A stretch of 32,000 nt of DNA, taken from NCBI RefSeq assembly GCF_000189295.2, contig NC_016803.1, forward strand, positions 2,220,001 to 2,252,000. Direction: 5' to 3'. Of this stretch, positions 8,425-16,241 are shown in pieces (positions within the stretch are counted from its first letter, which is position 1; each line of letters starts with the position of its first letter). This DNA comes from Pseudodesulfovibrio mercurii. GTDB lineage: Bacteria; Desulfobacterota; Desulfovibrionia; Desulfovibrionales; Desulfovibrionaceae. The notes beneath the pieces were generated by a model. That model made no database searches. It was not told where the DNA came from and worked only from the letters and a program-made list of their open reading frames with translations. Position numbers and translations under genes: made by a program.

Positions 8425-8444
8425 TCTCGACATGTCGCCGACGG

Positions 8445-8660
8445 CTAGCAGTCGTGGAAGTCCTTGTTGATGTAGAAGCAGAGGTCGAAGAGGTTCTGGA
8501 CCATCTCGTCCACCATGGCCTCGCGGCTCGCTCCGGACGCATCCAGACTCGCGGTCTTGTTGACGATCTTGGAGAAAAGCATGCCGATGAGCTGATCGTC
8601 GTAGAGGGTCCAGTACCTGCTGCCCGAGGGGAACTTCTTGTCGAATCCGTGGTAATACAT
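8445..8660 (-). CDS. hypothetical 71-aa protein (no family recognised)
   Basis: ATG 8660 with GGAG 10 nt upstream. Third codon positions are GC-rich like neighbouring genes, and it has its own terminator (8399-8424). The sequence is MYYHGFDKKFPSGSRYWTLYDDQLIGMLFSKIVNKTASLDASGASREAMVDEMVQNLFDLCFYINKDFHDC. Confidence 0.6.
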   Translation of the reverse strand: MYYHGFDKKFPSGSRYWTLYDDQLIGMLFSKIVNKTASLDASGASREAMVDEMVQNLFDLCFYINKDFHDC

Positions 8661-8796
8661 GCGGCGCGCTCCGTGGTGCCTGATGGTTTCTCCCGCTGCC
8701 TACTTATCGGCCGGGTCCGCCGGGCGCTTTATGTCCGCCGCCAAGATTGTTGCCCCGTGAATCCGGCGGGTTAGCCGGTCGCCCCCGGGATGGGCA

Positions 8797-8818
8797 GGGC
8801 CTGTTTCGGGCCTGTTTC
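8797..8818 (+). promoter_or_regulatory. perfect tandem direct repeat GGGCCTGTTTC x2 (11-bp phasing; Pho-box-like CTGTTTC-N4-CTGTTTC)
   Basis: Read directly: 8797-8807 is identical to 8808-8818. It lies 109 nt upstream of the response-regulator GTG, in the divergent intergenic region. Confidence 0.45.
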
Positions 8819-8864
8819 CAAAACGATGCCGCAGGGATGCCAAGTTGCGAAATTGTTGCCCATA

Positions 8865-8883
8865 TGTAACACTGATTGTTACA
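8865..8883. promoter_or_regulatory. inverted repeat TGTAACA-N5-TGTTACA
   Basis: Perfect 7-bp arms read directly, about 45 nt upstream of the response-regulator start in a locally AT-richer stretch. Confidence 0.35.
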
Positions 8884-8926
8884 GACATGGGGTATAGCAG
8901 TCCCATCACACCGAAAGGAGTCTACA

Positions 8927-9613
8927 GTGTCAGCCCAGAAAATCCTGGTGGTCGAAGACCACAGAGACACGCGAGAACTGCTGAAATACAACCTCACCGC
9001 CGCCGGGTTCGACGTGGCCGCCGCCGAGGACGGCCAGCTCGGCCTGAACCTGGCCCACGCCTTCAAGCCCGACATCATCCTGCTCGACCTGATGATGCCC
9101 GGCACCGACGGCCTGGAAGTCTGCCGCCAGCTCAAGGGCGATCCGGCCACGGCCCGCATCCCGGTGATCATGCTCACAGCCAAGGGCGAGGAGGTGGACA
9201 AGATCGTCGGCCTGGAGCTCGGGGCGGATGACTACGTGGTCAAGCCCTTTTCCCCGCGCGAACTGGTCCTGCGCATCAAGGCGATCCTGCGCCGCTACGG
9301 CGCACCCGAGCCCAACGCCCCCAAGCTGTGGGAGCGCGAGGGCTTGCGCATCGACTTCGAGGCGCACCAGATCACCATCGACGGGGAGGAGACGGCCCTG
9401 ACGGCCACGGAATTCAAGCTCCTGACCGTGCTCGTGTCCGGCGCGGGCAAGGTCCAGACCCGCGACAACCTCCTGGACACGGTCTGGGACACCCACTTCG
9501 AGGGCTACTCCCGCACCGTGGACACCCACGTCCGCAGGCTGCGCCAGAAGCTCGGCCCCTACGCCCCCTGGATCGAGACGATCCGAGGGGTCGGCTACCG
9601 CTTCAAGGCGTAG
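8927..9613 (+). CDS. OmpR/PhoB-family winged-helix response regulator (no cognate kinase adjacent)
   Basis: GTG 8927 preceded by AAAGGAG (6-nt spacer). Receiver domain: ILVVEDHRDTRELL, DIILLDLMMPGTDG, VIMLTAKGEEVDKIVGLELGADDYVVKPFSPRELVLRIKAILRR. Winged helix: LTATEFKLL, RTVDTHVRRLRQKL, IETIRGVGYRF. The track start at 8876 is a TTG without an RBS. Confidence 0.9.
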   Translation: MSAQKILVVEDHRDTRELLKYNLTAAGFDVAAAEDGQLGLNLAHAFKPDIILLDLMMPGTDGLEVCRQLKGDPATARIPVIMLTAKGEEVDKIVGLELGADDYVVKPFSPRELVLRIKAILRRYGAPEPNAPKLWEREGLRIDFEAHQITIDGEETALTATEFKLLTVLVSGAGKVQTRDNLLDTVWDTHFEGYSRTVDTHVRRLRQKLGPYAPWIETIRGVGYRFKA

Positions 9614-9745
9614 CGACCTTCCGATCCCGTCCGCGCCCCCTACGGGGGGCGGCGCAGCCGGGGACGCGGCGTGCTCCCGGCCGCCGGAGGCGCGTCCACT
9701 GCGTCAGCCGGAAGCCCGGTCCTCGACTTCAGCCGGAAGCCCGGC

Positions 9746-12157
9746 CTACTGCGTCAGTCGCTGGGCCAGCTTGACGGCGGCCACGGCGTCGGTGGACCAG
9801 CCGTGGGCCCCGATGGCCTTGCAGAATTTTTCCGTGACCACGGCCCCGCCGATGATGACCTTTGCCCGGAGGTTGCGTTCGGCCACCAGTTTGACCGTGT
9901 CCTCCATGCGCACCATGGTGGTGGTCATGAGCGCGGACAGGCCGATGAGCGCGGCGTCGTGCTCCTCGGCGGCGGCCACGATCTTCTCGGCGGGCACGTC
10001 CTTGCCCAGGTCCACCACGTCGAAACCGTAGTTCTTGAGCATCAGACAGACGATGTTCTTGCCGATGTCGTGGATGTCGCCCTCCACCGTGGCCATGACG
10101 ACGACCGGCCGGGCGCCCGCGCCGCCGGCCTCCTCGAGCAGGGGCTTGAGGCGCTGGAAGGCGGTCTGCATGGTCTCGGCGGATTGCAGCAGCTGGGGCA
10201 GGAAGTATTCCTTGGTCTCGTACTTGTCGCCGACGATGAGAATGCCGGGGATGAGCAGGTCGTTGACGATCTCCATGGCCGCCATGCCCTTGTCCAGCTC
10301 GGCCTCCACCAGACGGACCACGTTGTCCTTGTCGCCCTTGACCACGGCGGCCTGGACCGGCGGCAGGGACGCGGCCCCGGAGGGCGCGGCCTGACTGGTC
10401 GCGGCCTGGACACCGCCCCCGCCGACCCAGCCGGAGAAGTTGTCGATGTACCGCGCGGCCTGGGGGTCGCGGTCGAGCAGGACCTCGGCGGCGTGCAGGG
10501 TCTCCCGGATGCGCGCGGAGTTGGGGTTGCCGATGAACGAGCACAGGCCCGAGGCCATGGACAGGGACAGGAAGGTGGAGTTGAGCAGCTCGCGGGCCGG
10601 TAATCCGAAAGAGATGTTGGACAGGCCGATGGTCGTGGGCAGTCCCCAGCGGTCGCGGCACTGGCGCATGACCTCCATGGAGTGGCGGGCCGCCTCGGGC
10701 TTGGACGAGACGGTCAGGGCCAGGGCGTCCACCAGGATCAGCCTGCGCGGGATGCCGAGGGCGTCGGCCTGGGCCAGGAGGTCCTCGATGACCTTGAGGC
10801 GCTCGGCCGCGGTCACCGGGAGCTTGCGGCCCACGATGGGCAGGAGGATGAACGGCGCGCCGAAGAGCTTGCACAGGGGACCGAGGCGCTCCATCTTGCC
10901 GGGCTCGCCGGAGATGGAGTTGACCAGGGGCGAGCCGGGATAGGCCCACAGCCCGGCCTCCACGGCCGCCGGGTCGTTGGAGTCGATGGCCAGGGGCGTG
11001 GTCACGCGGCCCAGCAGGGCGGTGACCAGCTCGGGCAGGAGCGCGGCCTCGTCCACCAGGGGCGCGCCCACGTTGACGTCGAGCACCGGCGCGCCCAGCT
11101 CGGCCTGTTCGGCGGCCAGGCGCAGGGCCTCGGAAAAGACCGACTCCTGGAGTTCGGCGGTGAGCTGCTTCTTGCCCGTGGGGTTGATGCGCTCGCCGAT
11201 GATCACACCGCGATGGTCGAAGCCCACGGGCACGGACACCGAGCGGGAGGTCAGGACCAGCTGGGCGTTGTCGGTCCTGACCGGACGCTGCCAGCGGGCG
11301 TCGCCGACCTTGTCGCGCAGGGCGCGGATGTGCTCGGGTGTGGTCCCGCAGCAGCCGCCGATGAACTTGGCCCCGAGCTCGACGAAGGCCGCGGCCTTTT
11401 CGGCGAAGGGTTCGGGCTGGAGGCGGAACACGGTCTTGCCCTCGGCGTTGAGCTCGGGCAGGCCCGCGTTGGCCTCGGCAAAGGTCGGGGTCGACAGGCG
11501 CGGGGCCCAGGCGCGCAGGGTGTCGCGCATCTGCTCGGGCCCGGCGGAACAGTTGGTCCCGATGAGCTCCACGCCCATGTTCTGCATGGTGTCCACGAAG
11601 GTCATGGGCGAGGTGCCGGTCAGGGAGGCCTCGCCCTCGAAGGTCATGGAGATGGCCACGGGCAGGTCGCAGACCAGGCGCGCGGCCACGACCACGGCCT
11701 TGGCCTCGGCCAGGTCGAAGTGGGTCTCGCCCAGAATGAGGTCCGCGCCTCCGGCCACGCACCCCCTGATCTGCTCCTTGAAAATGTCCACCAGCTCGCG
11801 GAAGGTCATCTCGCCGAGCGGCTTGACGAAATGGCCGGTGGGGCCGATGGAGGCGGCCACGAAGGCCCGGTCCCCGGCCACCTCTCGGGCGATGGCGGTC
11901 ATGGCCCGGTTCAGCTCGAAGGGGTCCACGCCCAGGCCGAGCTTGGGGCGGGACCCGCCGAAGGTGTTGGTGGTCAGGATGTCCGCCCCGGCCTCGATGT
12001 AGTCGCGGTGCACGGCGCGGATGACGTCCGGCTCCTTGAGCCCCCACAGCTCCGGGGAGAGCCCGGCGGGCAGCCCCCGGCTCTGGAGCAGGGTGCCGTA
12101 GCCGCCGTCGAAATAGTAGATCCTGTCGTCATCGAGTATTGACCTGAAGTCGGGCAC
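9746..12157 (-). CDS. metH: cobalamin-dependent methionine synthase, short form (Hcy-methyltransferase + pterin-binding + B12-binding domains; no AdoMet reactivation domain)
   Basis: GTG 12157 preceded by GGAGGA (5-nt spacer), 803 aa. N-terminal YFDGGYGTLLQ...GGCCGTTPEHI (homocysteine-binding domain), central pterin-binding region, C-terminal B12 domain with the DxHxxG motif (EGDIHDIGKNIV). The 1287-aa track ORF runs on upstream through the intergenic region into antisense rpoH. Confidence 0.92.
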   Translation of the reverse strand: MPDFRSILDDDRIYYFDGGYGTLLQSRGLPAGLSPELWGLKEPDVIRAVHRDYIEAGADILTTNTFGGSRPKLGLGVDPFELNRAMTAIAREVAGDRAFVAASIGPTGHFVKPLGEMTFRELVDIFKEQIRGCVAGGADLILGETHFDLAEAKAVVVAARLVCDLPVAISMTFEGEASLTGTSPMTFVDTMQNMGVELIGTNCSAGPEQMRDTLRAWAPRLSTPTFAEANAGLPELNAEGKTVFRLQPEPFAEKAAAFVELGAKFIGGCCGTTPEHIRALRDKVGDARWQRPVRTDNAQLVLTSRSVSVPVGFDHRGVIIGERINPTGKKQLTAELQESVFSEALRLAAEQAELGAPVLDVNVGAPLVDEAALLPELVTALLGRVTTPLAIDSNDPAAVEAGLWAYPGSPLVNSISGEPGKMERLGPLCKLFGAPFILLPIVGRKLPVTAAERLKVIEDLLAQADALGIPRRLILVDALALTVSSKPEAARHSMEVMRQCRDRWGLPTTIGLSNISFGLPARELLNSTFLSLSMASGLCSFIGNPNSARIRETLHAAEVLLDRDPQAARYIDNFSGWVGGGGVQAATSQAAPSGAASLPPVQAAVVKGDKDNVVRLVEAELDKGMAAMEIVNDLLIPGILIVGDKYETKEYFLPQLLQSAETMQTAFQRLKPLLEEAGGAGARPVVVMATVEGDIHDIGKNIVCLMLKNYGFDVVDLGKDVPAEKIVAAAEEHDAALIGLSALMTTTMVRMEDTVKLVAERNLRAKVIIGGAVVTEKFCKAIGAHGWSTDAVAAVKLAQRLTQ

Positions 12158-12239
12158 GGGTATCCTCCGTAGATCCGGGCGTGCGGCCGGGCAGGGGGCC
12201 TCCCCGGCGGGACGGCCGCTCGCGGACCGATGTATTCTT

Positions 12240-12259
12240 ATATCAAGATGTCTTGATGT
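12240..12259. promoter_or_regulatory. 20-bp near-perfect palindrome ATATCAAGA-TG-TCTTGATGT (core ATCAAGATGTCTTGAT is perfect); candidate operator upstream of metH
   Basis: Read directly. It lies 83-102 nt upstream of the metH GTG and is followed on the minus strand by a TAAGAAT -10-like box. Confidence 0.5.
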
Positions 12260-12454
12260 AGCTGCGGAGACGGCGGAATGCAAGCCTTTTCTTGGCTCGG
12301 CCAGGGTCCCGTCCGATGCGGGGAGCGCACGGTTTTGCACATGTTGCCCTTCCCTGAAAAACATTGATAAGGTCGGGCAAAATCTATAGTGTTGGTTTCT
12401 TGCTCTTATATTTGTATTGAACCGGGCGCCCTTGCGCCGCATCCATACTGCACA

Positions 12455-13582
12455 ATGACATCTGAAAAAACGACCGCGGTGGTCGAGCCGGAGATCGTCG
12501 AGGACGACGATTTCGAGGAGACCGACTTCAACGAGGACGACGCCGAGGAGTTCGGGGCCGACGGCTTCGACGGGGACGGCTTCGACGGAGACGGCCTGGC
12601 CGGAGACGGCTTCGACGACGACACCGACGTGACCGACATATCGGCCGGAGTGCCGGCCAAGACCGACGGACTGGGGAACAGGCTGCCGGCGCTGAAGCTC
12701 GCCCCCCCGTCCAAGGCGGTGCGCATCCGCGACCCGCTCCAGCTGTACCTCAAGGAGATCGCCCGGTTCCCCATGCTGGAACCGGAGGAGGAATACGCCC
12801 TGGCCAAGCGCGTCCAGGAGGACAATGACCAGGACGCGGCCTTCAAGCTGGTCTCCTCGCACCTGCGCCTGGTGGTCAAGATCGCCATGGACTTCCAGCG
12901 GCGCTGGATGCAGAACGGGCTGGACCTCATCCAGGAGGGCAACGTGGGACTGCTCAAGGCGGTGACCAAGTTCGACCCGGAAAAGGGGATCAAGTTCTCC
13001 TACTACGCGGCCTTCTGGATCAAGGCGTACATCCTGAAGTACATCATGGACAACTGGCGCATGGTCAAGATCGGGACCACCCAGACCCAGCGCAAGCTGT
13101 TCTACAATTTGAACAAGGAGCGCCAGCGCCTGCAGACCCTGGGGTTCGACCCCTCCACCGAGGCGCTGAGCGAGCGGCTCGGCGTGTCCGAGGCCGAGAT
13201 CGACGAGATGGACCAGCGGCTGTCCAAGAACGACATGTCCCTGAACACCCCGCTGGGCGACGACTCCGACACCACCAGGATGGACTTCCTGCCCTCCCTG
13301 GCGCCCGGCGTGGAGGAGTCCATCGCCAACGACCAGATCGTCGACCTGCTCCTGAACAACATCAGGGAGATACGCGCCTCCCTGAACGACAAGGAAGTGG
13401 CCATCCTCGACCGCCGGCTGCTGTCCGACGACCCCGTGACCCTGCGGGAGATCGGCGAGGAGTTCGGCGTGACCAGGGAGCGGGTGCGCCAGATCGAGGC
13501 CCGGCTGATGGCCAAGATCCGCGAGCACCTCACGGACAAGGTCAAGGATTTCTCCAGGGACTGGGTGCTGGAACACGAATAA
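12455..13582 (+). CDS. rpoH: RNA polymerase sigma-32-type (RpoH-like) sigma factor with a ~95-aa acidic N-terminal extension
   Basis: 375 aa. Regions 2-4: LYLKEIARFPMLEPEEEYALAKR, DLIQEGNVGLLKAVTKFDPEKGIKFSYYAAFWIKAYILKYIMDNWRMVKIGTTQTQRKLFYNLNKERQRL. The last motif matches the E. coli RpoH box ([34 protein letters not shown]). The region 4.2 HTH is LREIGEEFGVTRERVRQIEARL. Confidence 0.85.
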   Translation: MTSEKTTAVVEPEIVEDDDFEETDFNEDDAEEFGADGFDGDGFDGDGLAGDGFDDDTDVTDISAGVPAKTDGLGNRLPALKLAPPSKAVRIRDPLQLYLKEIARFPMLEPEEEYALAKRVQEDNDQDAAFKLVSSHLRLVVKIAMDFQRRWMQNGLDLIQEGNVGLLKAVTKFDPEKGIKFSYYAAFWIKAYILKYIMDNWRMVKIGTTQTQRKLFYNLNKERQRLQTLGFDPSTEALSERLGVSEAEIDEMDQRLSKNDMSLNTPLGDDSDTTRMDFLPSLAPGVEESIANDQIVDLLLNNIREIRASLNDKEVAILDRRLLSDDPVTLREIGEEFGVTRERVRQIEARLMAKIREHLTDKVKDFSRDWVLEHE

Positions 13583-13611
13583 TCGGCGGCAACGCCAATC
13601 GGGACGCACGG

Positions 13612-15366
13612 ATGAAACGATTCTCTAGGCCTGACTCTCACACCGCACTGGCCGCGCTGGCGCTGTTCGCGCTCCTGGCCATGGCCGGCTGCGCCGCACG
13701 GACGCCCGCGACCAGCCCCATGCCCGCGCCGCCCATGACCGACTCGGCGCAGCTCGACTACGACTACCTGGTCTACCAGGACCTGCTGCACCAGTTGCAG
13801 CGGCACGTCCAGGACGGCGAGCGCTCCACCCTGACCAAGGAGCAGGTCAACGACATCCACGCCCGGGCCGTGGCCGCCCTGGACCGCGTCCTGGCCCAGT
13901 CCCCCACGCCCGAGCTGTACGTGGAGAAGGCGGGCATGTACTGGAACCATCCCGAGGGCACCAGCCGGTCCCGCGCGGCCCTCAAGGAGGGGCTGGACAG
14001 GTTCCCGGACAACCGGCTGCTGACCGTGTACCTGGCCAACTCCTACGTGGCCGACAACCGCCCGGACGACGCCATCGCCATCATGAACGGCTTCCTGGAG
14101 CGCCACCCCCAGGACATCGAGGCCCGCGAACGGCTGGGCCAGATGCTCATGGACGCCGGACAGGACGCCAAGGCCCTGGACGTGCTCAAGAAGATCCCCG
14201 AGAAGGAGCGCTCGGCCGACGCCCTGTACGCCATGGGCCGGGTCCAGGGGAACCTGGGCATGCGCAAGGCGGCCATCGCCAACCTCAAGAAGGCCGTGGC
14301 CATGGACCCGGAATTCACCGAGGCCCTGGTGGAGCTGGCCTACCAGTACGAGCTGGCCAAGGACTACGTGTCCGCCGAGACCATCTACGGCTCCATCCTC
14401 GAACAGAGCGACTCCTTTCCCGAGGCGCGGTTGCGGCTCATCAACCTGAACCTCAAGCTGAACGATCCGGGCAAGGCGCTGGACCTGGCCCTGGCCGGTC
14501 CGCCGACCAAGTCCTTCATCCTGGACGCGGTGCTCATGTTCATCAACGACGGGTTCTTCGCCCAGGGGTCCACGGTCCTCGACATGCTGACCACCGGGGG
14601 CGCCGCGCCCGCCGAATACTATTTCTACAAGGCGGTCATCGCCGACGAGGGCGAGAACGACCCGGCCAAGGCCCTGACCTACCTCGACGAGGTCAAGGAA
14701 AGCGACCGCCTCTACCCCCACGCCCTGCGCTTCAAGGCGCAGCTGCTGGCCGCCCAGGGCAAAAACGACGAGGCCCTGGCCATGGCCGCCAGGGGCAAGG
14801 AGCTCTACCCCGACGCCTCCATCTTCTACATCCTCGAATCCGGGCTGAAGAAGCACGGCGGCGACCTGGCCGGGGCCGAGGCCTCCCTCAAGGAGGGGCT
14901 GACGCACCTGCCCAACGACCCCGAGCTGACCTATGAGCTGGCCATGGTCTACGAGGCCATGGGCCGCCGTCCCGAGGGGCTGGCCCTGATGGAGACGGTC
15001 ATCCGCGCCCATCCGGACCACGCCAACGCCCTGAACTACGTGGGCTACACCCTGGCCGAGGAGGGCCGCGAACTCGACCGCGCCCTGGTCCTGGTGACCA
15101 AGGCCTCCACCCTGGACCCGGAGAACGGCTACATCCTCGACTCCGTGGCCTGGGTCCACTTCAAGCGGAAGGACCTGGAAAAGGCCTGGGAATACATCGG
15201 CTACGCCGTGGACGTGGTGGACAAGGACCCGACCATCTGGGAGCACTACGGCGACATCGCCGCGGCCCTGGGCAAGAAGAAGGAGGCGCGCAAGGGATAC
15301 AACTTCGCCCTCAAGTTCCACTCGCCCGAAGCCAAGGCCGTCCGGGAGAAGCTGAAGAAGCTATGA
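13612..15366 (+). CDS. TPR-repeat lipoprotein
   Basis: 584 aa. Signal peptide with lipobox LLAMAGC. Multiple TPR-like helical repeats throughout (for example ALYAMGRVQGNLGMRKAAIANLKKAVAMDPEF and ANALNYVGYTLAEEGRELDRALVLVTKASTLDPEN). Confidence 0.85.
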   Translation: MKRFSRPDSHTALAALALFALLAMAGCAARTPATSPMPAPPMTDSAQLDYDYLVYQDLLHQLQRHVQDGERSTLTKEQVNDIHARAVAALDRVLAQSPTPELYVEKAGMYWNHPEGTSRSRAALKEGLDRFPDNRLLTVYLANSYVADNRPDDAIAIMNGFLERHPQDIEARERLGQMLMDAGQDAKALDVLKKIPEKERSADALYAMGRVQGNLGMRKAAIANLKKAVAMDPEFTEALVELAYQYELAKDYVSAETIYGSILEQSDSFPEARLRLINLNLKLNDPGKALDLALAGPPTKSFILDAVLMFINDGFFAQGSTVLDMLTTGGAAPAEYYFYKAVIADEGENDPAKALTYLDEVKESDRLYPHALRFKAQLLAAQGKNDEALAMAARGKELYPDASIFYILESGLKKHGGDLAGAEASLKEGLTHLPNDPELTYELAMVYEAMGRRPEGLALMETVIRAHPDHANALNYVGYTLAEEGRELDRALVLVTKASTLDPENGYILDSVAWVHFKRKDLEKAWEYIGYAVDVVDKDPTIWEHYGDIAAALGKKKEARKGYNFALKFHSPEAKAVREKLKKL

Positions 15367-16241
15367 GCCGCCTCGGACCGACGCTCGTTCCGGCGGCGAC
15401 CCTGGCCGTCCTGATCCTGGCGGTCCTCTCGGGCTGCGCCACCCGGATTCCGCCGGGCATGGAGCTCGACACCCCCAAGGCGGCCTGGACCGCCTTCCGG
15501 CAGCACTACTGCGCCCGGCCCGAGGGCGACGGACTGCGCGTCCGGGCCAGCCTGTACTATTCGCGGACCAAACCCACGAAGCGGACCAACCGGACCCTGA
15601 TCTCCCTGTGGGGCGACTTCGGCGGGCCCATGCGGCTCGACGTGTCCGCCTCCATCGGCACCCTGCTGGCCCACATCCGCGAGGACAGGTCCGGGCTGCT
15701 GGTCTTCTACCCCGAGGACAACCGGGCCTACGCCCACAAGAATCCCGTGCTCGGGGCCACGCGGCTGGGCATGCCCTTTCCCTTTTCCCTGGACACCCTG
15801 GCCCACGCCCTGGCGGGCGACTTCTCCGGCCTGGCCCCCCGGCGCTACGCCGAGGCCTCGGTCGAGGGCGGGAACTATGTCTATACCTTCTCCAGGGGGC
15901 AGGCCGAACGCATCGTCCTGGACCGCCTGGGCCGCCCGGTGCGGCTCGAGGGGCGCACGGTCCGGTCCGTGGAGGACGCCGGGCGCTGGGTCTTCACCCT
16001 GGACCGCTATGAGGACGCCGGACCGGACCAGATCGCCCTGCCCGACAAGCTGACCCTGGCCATGGACAACGGGGAGCGCGGCGTCTTGCACATAAAGTCA
16101 CGGGAGCCTATGCTGGCCCCCTGGCCCGCCGCGTCCCTGGCCCTGGAACTGCCCGGGGACGTCGTCCCCATCCGGCTGGACAACGGCTATGCGGATGGGC
16201 AAACCGGGGAACTCCCCGTGATCCGAGAGGACAAGCAATGA
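15363..16241 (+). CDS. LolB-like outer-membrane lipoprotein (putative)
   Basis: 292 aa. ATGA start/stop overlap with the TPR gene. Lipobox VLSGC. LGMPFPFSLDTLAHALAGD and PDKLTLAMDNGERGVLHIKS resemble E. coli LolB [20 protein letters not shown] and PANMELTDGGQRIKLKM. A TPR gene followed by lolB also occurs in Pseudomonas (recollection). Confidence 0.55.
   Translation: MSRLGPTLVPAATLAVLILAVLSGCATRIPPGMELDTPKAAWTAFRQHYCARPEGDGLRVRASLYYSRTKPTKRTNRTLISLWGDFGGPMRLDVSASIGTLLAHIREDRSGLLVFYPEDNRAYAHKNPVLGATRLGMPFPFSLDTLAHALAGDFSGLAPRRYAEASVEGGNYVYTFSRGQAERIVLDRLGRPVRLEGRTVRSVEDAGRWVFTLDRYEDAGPDQIALPDKLTLAMDNGERGVLHIKSREPMLAPWPAASLALELPGDVVPIRLDNGYADGQTGELPVIREDKQ

Noticed and set aside
12280-12356. 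Cobalamin-riboswitch-like string on the metH strand (AGGGAAGGGCAACATGTGCAAAACCGTGCGCTCCCCGCATCGGA...GAGCCAAGAAAAGGCTTGC)
   Set aside because: It has partial resemblance to the GGGAA / GTGCGAA-loop / CCCGC core and to the B12 box. However, the ACTGT and GCCACTG elements are missing and the B12 box has extra nucleotides. The segment may lie upstream of the likely metH promoter next to the 12240-12259 palindrome. Repressing a B12-dependent enzyme with B12 also makes little sense. I saw no SAM-I, SAM-II or SAH riboswitch cores either. A cmscan with RF00174, RF00162, RF00521 and RF01057 would settle it.
9746-13609. 1287-aa ORF on the minus strand
   Set aside because: Only the C-terminal 803 codons are MetH. 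The upstream part crosses the AT-rich intergenic region and then runs antisense through rpoH with a non-protein-like translation. A GGAGGA-N5-GTG start at 12157 fits the conserved MetH N-terminus.
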